NCBI GenBank assembly: GCA_030390025.1
Contig: CM059438.1
Location: forward strand, 55,120,001-55,184,000
Direction of reading: 5' to 3'
Source: Squalus acanthias
Taxonomy: Eukaryota
Length of the DNA: 64,000 bases
Shown here piece by piece: positions 22,982 to 35,900 of the stretch (within the stretch, counting starts at the first letter, position 1; each line of letters starts with the position of its first letter). The translations under genes were made by a program, and so were the position numbers. The notes beneath the pieces are model-generated. The model made no database searches and had not been told where the DNA came from. It saw only the letters and a list, made by a program, of their open reading frames with translations.

Positions 22982-24842
22982 AGAAGAACCAAAGGCGACA
23001 TGAGGAAAAACTTTTTTACGCAGTGAGTGGTTATGATCTGGAATTCACTGCCTGAAAGGGTGGTGGAGGCAGACTCAATCGTGGCTTTCAAAAGGGAATT
23101 GGATAAGTACCTGAGGGGGAAAAATGTGCAGGGCTACGGGGAAAGGGCGCGGCAGTGAGACTAGCTGAAGTGCTCTTGGAGAGAGCCGGCACAGGCTCGA
23201 CGGGCCGAATGGCCTCCTTCTGTGCTGTAACCTTTCTATGATTCTATCTTCAGATCCCTTGGACTGTGGTCAATTGTGTCATGATTATGGCCATCTCAGC
23301 TGAGGTCAGCTGAATAAGCACAGACTGGGACCTACATGGTCTACATCAGGTGGTGCCTGTACCCACTGAGCAACTAGTGTGCAAGTGCTTCCTTACGGTG
23401 GCTATTATGCATGTGGGAGTGTTGGCAGACTCCTTATATGAAGGCTGTACTGCTGAGCTCAACTCTGCCCTCACTACGCACTCATACATGCGCACTTGAG
23501 CAAGGGGAGCTAGATATCGTTCAGGAGTGGGAATCCTGCTTGATGTTTCTCTTATCTAACCAAGGGGCAACATGTCCATTGCAGCATCTCTATTGCCACC
23601 CTTAGCTGAGTTCACCTAACTCGGTACGGACTAGGGATCGAACCCAACATCTTCCCAGTCTGTATAGCTGGGCTAATCCTGGCAGTTGATTTTTGTGTGT
23701 GAATTTCTGTTTTCATCAAGGTTAGTGATGTTAGTCCTGGGTACAAGCACCTAGTGTTAATGTCACGCACTCTGAGGCCAGGTAAAGCACGGTGAGAAGT
23801 CGAATAAAGTTCCTTCTACTCTGTTGCAACCTCAAAAATGCATCGCCAACTTCACCAGTGTGTCATAAAATCAAAGGAATTACAGAACAGAAGGAGCCCA
23901 TTGTACCTGTGATGATGTTAGTTCTTTAACTGGAGATTTTTTTAATTCATTCACGACATGTGGGCATCTCTGGCAAGGCAAGCATTTATTGCCCATCCCT
24001 AATTGCCCTTGAGAAGGTGGTGATGAGACGCCTTCTTGAACCGCTGCAGTGCTGTTTGGTCGGGAGTTCCAGGATTTTGGCCCAGCAATTATAAAGGAAC
24101 GGCCGATATATTTCCAAGTGAGGATGCTGTGTGACTTAGAAAGGAACTTGGAGGTGATGGTGTTCCCATGCGCCTGCTGCCCTTGTCCTTCTAGGTGGTA
24201 CAAGTCGCGGGTTTGGGAGGTGCTGCTGAAGAAGCCTTGGCGAGTTGCTGCAGTGCATCTTGTAGATGGTACACACTGCAGCAACGGTACGCCGGTGGTG
24301 GAGGGAGTGAATGTTTAAGGTGGTGGAAGGGGTACTAATCAAGCAGGCTGCTTTGTCCTGGATGGTGGAAAGACTTTGGGGAGCCTGGAGCAACGTTCCC
24401 GTTAAGATGATCGCGCATTCGGCCACGCAGTAATCTGAAAGGACCCACACAGGCCACTCACCGGCTTTTTCACTGTAAATATAGGCGCAGAAATTTGAAG
24501 GGACCGTGCATTAAAAGAAACAGGACGCGCAGAACAAAGTGCAGCTTACACGGAATATTGATCAGGAGGTGAAACACTCGCTGCAGAATACCTAGCCTCT
24601 GACCTGCTCTTGCAACCACAGTATTTATGTGGCTGGTCCAGTTAAGTTTCTCGTCAACGGTGAGCCCAAGGATGTTGATGGCGGGGAGTTTGGCGATGGT
24701 AATGCCGTTGAAGGTCAAGGGGAGGTGGTTTGATTCTTTCTTGTTGGAGATAGTCATTGCCTGGCACTTGTCTGGCTCGAATGTTACCTGCCGCTTATCA
24801 GCCCAAGCCTGAATGTTGTCCAGGTCTTGCTGCATGCGGGCA
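22982..24842. repeat. Inverted segmental duplication, arm B
   Basis: Reverse complement of 2410-4022. Retains about 270 bp of LINE sequence (about 23995-24260) deleted in arm A. Confidence 0.92.
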
Positions 24843-25885
24843 CGGACTGCTTCATTATCTGAGGAGTTGCGAATGGAACTAAACACTGTGCAGTCTTCAG
24901 CGAATATCCTCATTTCTGACCTTATGATGGAAGGAAAGTTTTTGATGAAGCAGCTGAAGATGGTTGGGCCTAGGACACTGCCCTGAGGAACACCTGCAGC
25001 AATATCCTGGGGCTGAGATGATTGGCCTCCAACCACCACAACCATCTTCCTTTACGCTAGGTATGACTCCAGCCAGTGGAGTTTTCCCTCTGATTCCCAT
25101 TGACTTTAATTTTTCTAGAGTTCTTTGATGCCACACTCGGTCAAATGCTGCCTTGATGTCAAGGGCAGTCACTCTAACCTCACTTCTGGAATTCAGCTCT
25201 TTTGTCCATGTTTGGACCAAGGCTGTAATGAGGTCTGGAGCCGAGTGGTCCTGGCGGAACCCAAACTGAACATCGGTGAACAGGTTATTAGTGAGTAAGT
25301 GCCGCTTGATAGTACTGTTGATGACACCTTCCATCACTTTGCTGATGATTGAGAGTAGACTGATGGGGCGGTAATTGGCCGGATTGGATTTGTCCTGCTT
25401 TTTATGGACAGGACATACCTGGGCAATTTTCCACTTTGTCGGGTTGATGCCAGTGTTGTAGCTGTTTTGGAGCACAAGTCTTCAGCATGATAGCCTGGGA
25501 TATTGTCGGGGCCCATAGCCTTTGCTGTATCCAGTGCGCTCAGCCATTTCTTGATATCACGTGGAGTGATTCAAATGGGCTGAAGACTGGTTACTGTGAT
25601 GGTGGGGACCTCAGGAGGAGGCCGAGATGGATCATCCACTTCTGGCTGAAGATGGTTGCAAACACTTCAGCCTTGTCTTTTGCACTCACGTGCTGGGCTC
25701 CACCATCATTGAGGAAGGGGATGTTCATGAAGCCTCCTCCTCCTGTTAGTTGTTTAATTGTCCACCACCATTTACGACTGGATGTGGCAGGACTGCAGAG
25801 CTTTGATCTGATCCATTCGTTGTGGGATCGCTTAGCTCTGTCTATAGCATGGTGCTTCCGCTGTTTAGCCTGTGTTGCAGCTTCA
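23940..25885 (-). mobile_element. LINE family B, 5'-truncated, containing the hAT-like MITE at 24391-24560
   Basis: ALDIKAAFDRVWH, GVPQGSVLGP and NYRPISLLS motifs; frameshifted. Confidence 0.88.
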
Positions 25886-25994
25886 CCCGGTTGGAGCTGT
25901 CCACCCTGATCCCATTTCCCCACCCTTTCCTCGTATCTATTTATACTTTTGCTTTTCAAATCCTTGTCCAATTCCCTTCTAAATGGTGTTAGAT

Positions 25995-26655
25995 AGGAAC
26001 ATATGAAAAGGAGCAGGTCATTTAGCCCCTCGAGCCTGTTCCGCCATTCAGTCATGGCTGATCTGTATCCTCAACTCCATTTACCCGCTTTTGCTCCATA
26101 TCCCTTAATACCCTTACTTAACAAAAATCATAGAATCATACAGCACAGAAGGAAGCTATTCGGGCCATCGTGCCTGTGCCGGCTTTCAAAAAGAACTACT
26201 AATTAGTCCCACTCACCTGCTCTTTCCCCTTAGCCCTGCACATTTTTCCTTTTTAAGTATTTATCTATTTCCCCTTTGATAGCTACAATTGAATCTGCTT
26301 CCACCATCCGTTCAGGCAGTGCATTCCAGATCACAACAACACGTTGAGTAAAAAAATTCTCCTCCTCTTCCCCCCGCCAAACTTTATTGCCAATTATTAT
26401 CAATGTGTCCTCTGGTTACTGACCCTCCTGCCAGTGGAAACAGTTTCTCCCTATCTAATCTTTCAAAACCCCATAAAATTTTGAAAATCTCTATTAAATC
26501 TCCTCTTAACCTTTGTTGCTCTAAGGAGAAAATGCCAGCTTCTCCAGTTTCTCCATATAACTGAAGTCCCTCATCCTTGGTGCCATTCTGGTAAATCTCC
26601 TCTGCATCCCCTCCAAGGCCTTGACATCCTTTCTAAGGTGTGGTGCCCAGAAATG
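25995..26655 (-). mobile_element. CR1 3'-end fragments
   Basis: FWAPHLRKDVKALE.MQRRFTR; CR1-type 3' UTRs and tails. Confidence 0.75.
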
Positions 26656-26669
26656 GAAATTGAACACTT

Positions 26670-27865
26670 TTATTATTCGTTCATGGGATGTGGGCGTCGC
26701 TGGCAAGGCCAGCATTTATTGCCCATCCCTAATTGCCCTTGAGAAGGTGGTGGTGAGCCGCCTTCTTGAACCGCTGCAGTCTGTGTGGTGAAGGTACTCC
26801 CGCAGTGCTGTTAGGAGGGAGTTCCAGGATTTTGACCCAGCGATGATGAAGGAAGGTCGATATACTTCCAAGTCAGGATGGTGTGTGACTTGGAGGGGAA
26901 CTTGGAGGTGGTGGTGTTCCAATGCGCCTGCTGCCCTTGTCCTTCTAGGTGGAAGATGTTGTGGGTTTGGGAGGTGCTGCCGAAGAAGCCTTGGTGAGTT
27001 GCTGCAGTGCATCTTGTAGATGGTACATACTGCATCTTGTAGATGGTACACACTGCAGCCATGGTGAATGTTTAAGGTGGTGGATGCGGTGCCAATCAAG
27101 TGGGCTGCTTTGTCCTGGATGATGTCGAGTTTCTTGAGTGTTGTTGGAGCTACACTCATCCAGGCAAGTGGAGAGTATTCCATCACACTCCTGATTTGTG
27201 CTTTGTAGATGGTGGAAAGGCTTTGGGGAGTCAGGAGGTGAGACACTCGCCGCAGAATACCCAGCCTCTGACCTGCTCTTGTTGCCACAGTATTCATGTG
27301 GCTGGTCCAGTTAAGTTTCTGGTAATGGTGACCCCAGGATGTTGATGTTGGGGGATTCGGCGATGGTAATGCCGTTGAACGTCAAGGGGAGGTGGTTAGA
27401 CTCTCGCTTGTTGGAGATAGTCATTGCCTGACACTTGTGGGGTGCGAATGTTACCTACCACTTATCAGCCCAAGCCTGAACATCATCCAAGTCTTGTTGC
27501 CTGGGGGCATGGACTGCTTCATTATCTGAAGAGTTGTGAATGGCGCTGAACACTGTGCAGTCATCAGCGAACATCCCCAGTTCTGCCCTTATGATGGAGG
27601 GAAGGTCATTGATGAAGCAGCTGAAGATGGTTGGGCCTAGGACACTGCCCTGAGGAACTCCTGCAGTGATGTCCTGGGGCTGTGATGATTGTCCTCCAAC
27701 CACCACAACCATCTTCCTTTGTGCTAGGTATGACTCCAGCCAGTGGAGAGTTTTCCCCCCGATTCCCATTGACTTCAGTTTTACTAGGGCTCCTTGATGC
27801 CACACTCGGGCAAATGCTGCCTTGATATCAAGGGCAGTCACTCTCATCTCACCTCTGAAATTCAC
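26670..27865 (-). mobile_element. LINE family B, 5'-truncated
   Basis: ALDIKAAF, GVPQGSVLGP and MFADD motifs; family 3' end at about 26670. Confidence 0.88.
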
Positions 27866-28454
27866 TCTAGCTGAGGTCTAACCAGTGATTTATGAAAGGT
27901 TTACCTTGCTTTTGTAATCTATGCCTCTATTTATAAACCCTGTATGCTTTTTTAACAGTTTTATCAACTTGTCCTGCCACCTTCAAAGATTTGTGTATGT
28001 GAACCCCCAGTTCTCTCTGTTCCTGCACCCGATTTAAAATTTTACCATTTATACTAGCTCTCCCCATTTCTTTCCCAATTGTATCACTTCTAATTATCTG
28101 TTTTGTATTTTTCAATTGACCTAGCCTCAAAAGCTTTCTGAGGGAGAGAGTTCCAGATTCCCATTACCTTTTGTGTGAAGAAGTTCTTCTGGGCATCACC
28201 TCTGAATGGCCTCGCTCTAATCTCTTTGCTCCTCCACAGTTCCCAGCTTCTTACCATTTAGAAAATACTCTGATCGATCTTTCTTAGGTCTAAAGTGGGT
28301 GACCTCACATTTCCCCAGATTGAACCCCATCTGTCACAGTTTTTCACTTAATCTATCAATATCCCTTTGCCACTTTCTGCTCCCATCCACACTATTTACT
28401 GTGCCACCTAACTTAGTGTTGTCAGATATACAGCTCTGTATTCCTTCATTCAAG

Positions 28455-28630
28455 ATGCGGAGATGCCGGTGTTGGACTGGAGTGGACAAAATTGAGAGGT
28501 CGCACAACACCAGGTTATAGTCCAACAGTTTTATTTGAAATCACAAGCTTTCGGAGCTATCGATCGCCCCTTCCTCAGGTGAAGTAGTTCACCTGAGGAA
28601 GGGGCGATCGATAGCTCCGAAAGCTTGTGG
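28455..28630. mobile_element. Penelope-like terminal-repeat fragment ending in a palindrome
   Basis: Perfect 42-bp arms (28542-28583 / 28588-28629) with a 4-nt loop; TSD TTCCTTCATT(C/T)AAG. Confidence 0.82.
28541..28629. ncRNA. Two back-to-back minimal hammerhead ribozyme motifs, one per strand
   Basis: CAC-CUGAGGA-A-GGGGC gaucgaua GCUCC-GAAA-GC-UU-GUG on + (28590-28629) and on - (28541-28582). Confidence 0.75.
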
Positions 28631-30351
28631 TTCCTTCATTTAAGTCATTGATAGATATAGTGAAAAGCTGAGCCCCCAGGACAGGTCCCTGGGGGACACC
28701 ACTAGTCAGATCCTGCCAATTTGAGTACACATCCATTATGCTTACTCTCTGTCTCCGACCTCCTAACCAATTCCCCACCCATGTCAATAGGTTGCCTCCA
28801 ATTCCATGCGCTCATTTTTGTTAACAGTCTCTTGTGTGGAACCTTATTGAATGCTTTCTGGAAGTCCATATAAATAACGTCCATAGACACTCTCTTATCT
28901 AACAATTTAGTGACCTCATCAAAAAATCAACTAGGTTGGTTAGACATGACTTACTCTTCACAAATCCATGCTGGTTCTCTCTGGTGAGTTCATATTTATC
29001 CAAGTGCTCAGTCACTTCTCCCTAATAACAGATTCTGGTAACTTCCCCACAACCGACGTTAAACTAATCGGTCTATAATTTCCTGAGTTCTCTCTTCTAC
29101 CCTTCTTAAATAGTGGAGTGACATTGGCAATTTTCCAATCCAAGGGGACAGTTCCTGAATTGAGAGAGTTTTGGAAGATCATGACTAACACATCAACAAT
29201 TTCCTCACCTACTTCTTTTAATACCCTGGGGTGGAAACCATCAGGTCCTGGAGATTTGTCTATCTTCAGTCTCTGGTTCAATAATCATTCAAGGTAAAGC
29301 ATTCCATGTTATAATGTGTGAGGAAATGTCTTCTAATTTCTCCCATTGTTCTTTCAGTGATAATCTCAATCTCTGGCCCCTTGTTACCAATTCACCAACC
29401 AGTGGAAATGCTCTTTCACTATTTACACCCTCAAAACCTTTCATAATCTTCAAGACCTCCATTAGATAATTCTTCCATTTCCCACACCAGCCATCCTGGT
29501 ACAAGAATGAGTGAGACTGCCAGTTTAGTGTTGAGTAACGGGTGATTTTGTCCTAAGAACTGATTGAGAATACCCAAATTCATTCCTTCAAGGACCTGTC
29601 ATAACACCGGCAGTCCTGCCCTTATTTTATATGATTTTTAGTATAGCTGGAGTTAAATCAAAACCTGACTTTTCTCTCAGACACAGAACGGTAGCCAGAA
29701 ATTCAACATGCAAGGAAGAAACTAGCTAAAAATACACTCCCTTTGAAGGCTAAGGGTGATACAGCAGCTGGTAGGGGAGTCAAGGGGAGAACTCTACTCT
29801 TTCTGAATACTGGACTATTAGGGAAATCCATTAATGAGAGTGGAACCTTATCTAGGGCAATGTGGAAATGCAATGGCTATTTTCCAGCCATTAATGCATC
29901 ATCACAAGGTGTACGATGTATTAAACCCTCAATTTGTTTGTATTAAAAAAAGGCTATAAGGTGAAAGAAGCCCCATGACATTAATCAGAGCTCTTGCCAC
30001 TGAGCTTTAGATCTGGCAATCACATCTAAACTCAATGGGTGAACTGGAATTTGCAACATCTGTGTATAACAACATTGCAACAGTGACTACATTTCAAAAA
30101 GTACTTCATTGGCTGTAAAGCGCTTTGAGATGTCCAGTGGTCGTGAAAGGTGCTATATAAATGCAAGTCTTTTTCTTTCTTTCTTTCTTTCTCTCTTTCA
30201 ATCTTTCACCAAGAGACAAACCTGATGTTCTCATTCAAAGGTCGTGTCGCTTATCAGATTCTGTACACAATAATCTTCTAAAAAGGATATAGTATCCCCT
30301 TGTGGCCTGATTATAATTCACATTTTCTGCTGATTCAATATTTTGTTAAAT

Positions 30352-30814
30352 GAAAGAAAGGTTTGCATTTATATAGCACCTTTCATGACCTCAGGATGTC
30401 TCAAAGCGCTTTACAATCACTGGAATTACTTTTGAAGTGTAGTCACTGTTGTAATGTAGGAAATGTGGCAACCAATTTGCGCAAAACAAGCTCCCACAAA
30501 CAGCAATGTGATAATGACCGGATAATCTGTTTTTGTTATGTTGATTGAGGGATAAATAACGGCCAGGACACTGGGGATTACTCCCCTGCTCTTCTTCGAA
30601 ATAGTGCCATGGGATCTTTTACGTCCACCGGAGAGAGCAGAGGGGGCCTTGGTTTAATGTCTCATCCGAAAGACGGCACCTCCAACAGTGCAGCACTCCC
30701 TCAGCACTGCACTGTCAGCCTAAATTTTTGTGCTCAGGTCTCTGGAGTGGGACTATGAACCCACAACCTTCTGATTCTAGAGGTGAGGGTGCTACCAACT
30801 GAGCCACAGCTGAC
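30352..30814 (-). mobile_element. Deu-domain SINE (SacSINE1-like)
   Basis: tRNA-like head, Deu core GAGGGAGTGCTGCACTGTTGGAGGTGCCGTCTTTCGGATGAGAC...AAAAGATCCCATGGCACTAT, and L2-type tail GCTATATAAATGC. Confidence 0.82.
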
Positions 30815-31531
30815 ATTTTGCTTCTGCATGTAAATTAACCAATAAATAGTTTTAGCCCATATGCCCTTGTCTTAGAGTGTGTTATTTTCAGATGGAACAG
30901 GACAACAAGGTTGGGCATCCCACATGATCTCCAGTGAACGATATACCACAATTAAAGGTTACTTGTTAAACCTGGGCCCACTAACCCATGCACAAAGGTT
31001 TAAGGATGGTAGTTTCAGTTCAATGGGAAATCAATCCATTTGTGGAAATTGCCATCTGGCTGCAGAGAAAAAACGACATTATTTGGAAAAAGCCTGAGCA
31101 CTAACAGGGCCCCTAGCTTGCAAACAGGAGACTTGCTTCTCATTAACCTGGGCCAGAAACCAGGTGCCACAAGTGAAAGGCCAGTGGCTAAGCAGCGGCA
31201 CCACCCAGATCCCCTCACAATGTAAACTGTCTGCATAGGAACACAGGAATTACTGGAGGAAAAAAGCCCAAGATCCATCTAGTAGTCTACCTGGTAGTCA
31301 CATGATACGACGATAATGGAGTTGTTGACTAATCACAGCGATCAATCTCTATTGATTAGTCTACAACAGACCCAGACATGAGGCGAGGAAACCCCCAGTG
31401 ATGGAGAGCTTTGGGAACCATCGGTCCAAAGTCACCTGTTCCTCCCGAGCACACTACACTCACCACGTGACTTCTCAAACTACTCACATACTGCATCCCA
31501 AAATGTTGTTTGTGCAGTGGAGCACACTCAC

Positions 31532-31680
31532 CTCTTCACCTGTCCCTTGCATAATTCCCAAAGGAATGGGAAAGAGTTTGTGGTACATTCGCATGGATCG
31601 CCTCGCCCCACCTTGTAGCACCACAAGCAGGACACGGAAGTTGGTGCCGCCCAAATCAAGGGCAAGGAACTTGCCACTTT
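31532..31680 (-). CDS. HKDC1: Hexokinase (HKDC1-like) coding exon 11
   Basis: 149 bp, TTGCAG acceptor, GTGAGT donor. Encodes (E)SGKFLALDLGGTNFRVLLV...RRSMRMYHKLFPIPLGIMQGTGEE, the C-half ATP-binding phosphate-1 motif. Confidence 0.93.
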
Positions 31681-31719
31681 CTGCAACAGAAATTTGCCTC
31701 ATTTTGTTACTGACACAAA

Positions 31720-31878
31720 GACCTAGAAATTCGTCGCGGGCGGTGGTGCAAAAACAAGTGGTATCGGACCGGCCACCCTTTGCAGTCAATGGAACTGAAA
31801 ATCAGGCACTGCATATAACAGGGCAGCCGATCCGATACCACCCGCCCTGCGACACCGCCCACGATCAATTTCTATGCC
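31720..31878. mobile_element. Short Harbinger-type MITE (159 bp)
   Basis: Ends GACCTAGAAATT / GGCATAGAAATT, TSD AAA, internal inverted repeat TGGTATCGGA / TCCGATACCA. Confidence 0.7.
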
Positions 31879-32489
31879 AAAATGCTTTCTGTTTCAACTT
31901 AGATGCAGGCTTATGAGAGGCACAAGTCAATGTTACAAGGAACCATCCTTTGTGGCATTGTTCACAGTTGAAAGTTTAATAATGCGTTTTTGCCAATAAT
32001 GTGCCAATTAAAAAAAATTGAGAAGTTTTGAAATAAATACACTTGTAGCCCAGCCTCTTTACAGTAATAGTGTTACTGCAGTTATAGTGTTGCTGCAGTT
32101 GTGACCTTTGCCTGTTGTCCACTCTTTGTTACGGTCAGTTGTAAGAAGGAGGGGCTGGAGCAAGTAGTTGATGCTGAGTAAACACTGGACTTGGACGCGA
32201 GATCTCCAGGGTCATCACCAGATGTCCTTTGGAGGGGCGTTTCACCATGGCTGCCTTCAAGCCCTGAGACTTGGGACAAAGTTGCAGGAAGGTGTTAGCT
32301 GAAGCCAGGGGATGAGGACATGAGTAATATATCAGGGCTCAGCACCTCCTATGAATGGGCTACAGGGAGGAAAGCAGCTACTCCTGGGATTCTGCACCTC
32401 CAACTGAGAGAGCCACCATTCAATGGAGTATGATGTGAGTCAATATGATATTCAGGAGGATGGTGTACAGTGAGTGTGTCACTGACAGA

Positions 32490-32903
32490 TTTGTTCCCGG
32501 TCCACCAATGCCTTGATTTTAAAATTCTCATCCTTGTTTTCAAATCCCTCCATGGCCTTGTCCCTCCCTATCTCCATAACTTCCTGCAGTCCTACAACCC
32601 TCCAATATCTCTGGGTTCCTCCAATTCTGGCCTCTTGAGCATCCCCAATTTTAATTGCACCACCATTGGCAGCTGTTTCTTCAGCTGCCGAGGCCCTAAG
32701 CTCTGGAATTCCTAAACCTCTCCACCTCTCTCTCCTCCTTTAAGATGGTCATTAAAACCTACCTCTTTGACCAAGCTTTTGGTCACCTGTCCTAAAATCT
32801 CTTTAAATGACTCAGTGACAAATTTTGTTTGATAACACTCCTGTGAAGAGCCTTGGGACATTTTACTGTGTTAAAGGCGCTATATAAATGTAAGTTGTTG
32901 TTG
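32490..32903 (+). mobile_element. L2 LINE 3' end
   Basis: DFKILILVFKSLHGL.PPYL...GPKLWNS; tail GGCGCTATATAAATGTAAGTTGTTGTTG. Confidence 0.85.
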
Positions 32904-32934
32904 ATCGAGCTCGGCCTTGAACAGGATCGGGCTG

Positions 32935-35900
32935 AGCAGTGAATGGGAATGGGATCGGCAGTGAATGGGAATGGGATCGACAGTGAATGGGAATGGGATC
33001 GACAGTGAATGGGAATGGGATCGACAGTGAATGGGATTGGGATCGGCAGTGAATGGGAGTGAGATCGTCAGTGAATGGGAATGGGATCGACAGTGAATGG
33101 GAATGGGATCGACAGTGAATGGGAGTGGGATCGTCAGTGAATGGGAATGGGATCGACAGTGAATGGGAATGGGATCGACAGTGAATGGGAATGGGATCGA
33201 CAGTGAATGGTATTGGGATCGACAGTGAATGGGAATGGGATCGACAGTGAATGGGAATGGGATCGACAGTGAATGGGAATGGGATCGACAGTGAATGGGA
33301 GTGGGATCGACAGTGAATGGGAGTGGGATCGACAGTGAATGGTATTGGGATCGACAGTGAATGGGAGTGGGATCGACAGTGAATGGTATTGGGATCGTCA
33401 GTGATTGGGAGTGGGATCGACAGTGAATGGGAGTGGGATCGACAGTGAATGGGAATGGGATCGACAGTGAATGGGAATGGGAATGGGATCGACAGTGAAT
33501 GGGAGTGGGATCGACAGTGAATGGGATTGGGATCGACAGTGAATGGGATTGGGATCGACAGTGAATGGGAGTGGGATCGACAGTGAATGGGATCGACAGT
33601 GAATGGGATTGGGATCGACAGTGAATGGGAGTGGGATCGACAGTGAATGGGAATGGGATCGACAGTGAATGGGAGTGGGATCGACAGTGAATGGGATCGA
33701 CAGTGAATGGGAGTGGGATCGACAGTGAATGGGAATGGGATCGACAGTGAATGGGAATGGGAATGGGATCGACAGTGAATGGGAGTGGGATCGACAGTGA
33801 ATGGGATTGGGATCGACAGTGAATGGGATTGGGATCGACAGTGAATGGGATCGACAGTGAATGGGATTGGGATCGACAGTGAATGGGAGTGGGATCGACA
33901 GTGAATGGGAATGGGATCGACAGTGAATGGGAGTGGGATCGACAGTGAATGGGAGTGGATCGACAGTGAATGGGAATGGGATCGACAGTGAATGGGAGTG
34001 GGATCGACAGTGAATGGGAGTGGGATCGACAGTGAATGGGAATGGGATCGACAGTGAATGGGAGTGGGATCGACAGTGAATGGGAATGGGATCGACAGTG
34101 AATGGGATCGACAGTGAATGCGAGTGGGATCGACAGTGAATGGGAATGGGATCGACAGTGAATGGGAGTGGGATCGACAGTGAATGGGAATGGGATCGAC
34201 AGTGAATGGGAGTGGGATCGACAGTGAATGGGAATGGGATCGACAGTGAATGGGATCGACAGTGAATGGGAATGGGATCGACAGTGAATGGGAATGGGAT
34301 CGACAGTGAATGGGAATGGGATCGTCAGTGAATGGGAGTGGGATCGACAGTGAATGGGAATGGGATCGACAGTGAATGGGAGTGGGATCGACAGTGAATG
34401 GGAATGGGATCGACAGTGAATGGATCGACAGTGAATGGGATCGACAGTGAATGGGAGTGGGATCGACAGTGAATGGGAGTGGGATCGACAGTGAATGGGA
34501 TCGACAGTGAATGGGAGTGGGATCGACAGTGAATGGGAGTGGGATCGACAGTGAATGGGAGTGGGATCGACAGTGAATGGGAATGGGATCGACAGTGAAT
34601 GGGATCGACAGTGAATGGGAGTGGGATCAACAGTGAATGGGAATGGGATCGACAGTGAATGGGAGTGGGATCGACAGTGAATGGGAGTGGGATCGACAGT
34701 GAATGGGAATGGGATCGACAGTGAATGGGAATGGGATCGACAGTGAATGGGATCGACAGTGAATGGGAGTGGGATCGACAGTGAATGGGAATGGGATCGA
34801 CAGTGAATGGGAGTGGGATCGACAGTGAATGGGAATGGGATCGACAGTGAATGGGAATGGGATCGACAGTGAATGGGAGTGGGATCGACAGTGAATGGGA
34901 ATGGGATCGACAGTGAATGGGAGTGGGATCGACAGTGAATGGGATCGACAGTGAATGGGAGTGGAATCGACAGTGACTGGGATCGACAGTGAATGGGAGT
35001 GGGATCGACAGTGAATGGGAATGGGATCGACAGTGAATGGGAATGGATCGACAGTGAATGGGATCGACAGTGAATGGGAGTGGGATCGACAGTGAATGGG
35101 AATGGGATCGACAGTGAATGGGAATGGGATCGACAGTGAATGGGATCGACAGTGAATGGGATCGACAGTGAATGGGATCGACAGTGAATGGGAGTGGGAT
35201 CGACAGTGAATGGGATCGACAGTGAATGGGAATGGGATCGACAGTGAATGGGATCGACAGTGAATGGGAGTGGGATCGACAGTGAATGGGAATGGGATCG
35301 ACAGTGAATGGGAGTGGGATCGACAGTGAATGGGAATGGGATCGACAGTGAATGATAATGGGATCGACAGTGAATGGGACTGGGATCGACAGTGAATGGG
35401 AATGGGATCGACAGTGAATGGGAATGGGATCGACAGTGAATGGGAGTGGGATCGACAGTGAATGGGAGTGGGATCGACAGTGAATGGGAATGGGATCGAC
35501 AGTGAATGGATCGACAGTGAATGGGAGTGGGATCGACAGTGAATGGGAATGGGATCGACAGTGAATGGGAGTGGGATCGACAGTGAATGGGAATAGGATC
35601 GACAGTGAATGGGAGTGGGATCGACAGTGAATGGGAGTGGGATCGACAGTGAATGGGAGTGGGATCGACAGTGAATGGGAGTGGGATCGACAGTGAATGG
35701 GAGTGGGATCGACAGTGAATGGGAATGGGATCGACAGTGAATGGGAGTGGGATCGACAGTGAATGGGTGTGGGATCGACAGTGAATGGGAGTGGGATCGA
35801 CAGTGAATGGGATCGACAGTGAATGGGAGTGGGATCGACAGTGAATGGGATCGACAGTGAATGGGAGTGGGATCGACAGTGAATGGGAATGGGATCGACA

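Larger units (their letters stand above)
11962..23247 (+). mobile_element. Degenerate near full-length CR1 split by four nested insertions
   Basis: Colinear pieces: esterase ORF1 (11962-12340, 14939-15190), APE (15340-15495, 19600-20070), RT (20100-20645, 21363-22400, 22624-23160), tail TTCTATGATTCTAT. Confidence 0.85.
27866..29275 (-). mobile_element. Decayed CR1 RT fragments
   Basis: KSPGPDGFHPRVLKE, NYRPISLTSVVGK, MDFQKAF and GVPQGPVLG motifs. Confidence 0.8.

Noticed and set aside
32082..32279. Ser/Thr-rich 65-aa minus-strand ORF in unique intron sequence
   Set aside because: No recognisable homology, ATG start or convincing splice boundaries.
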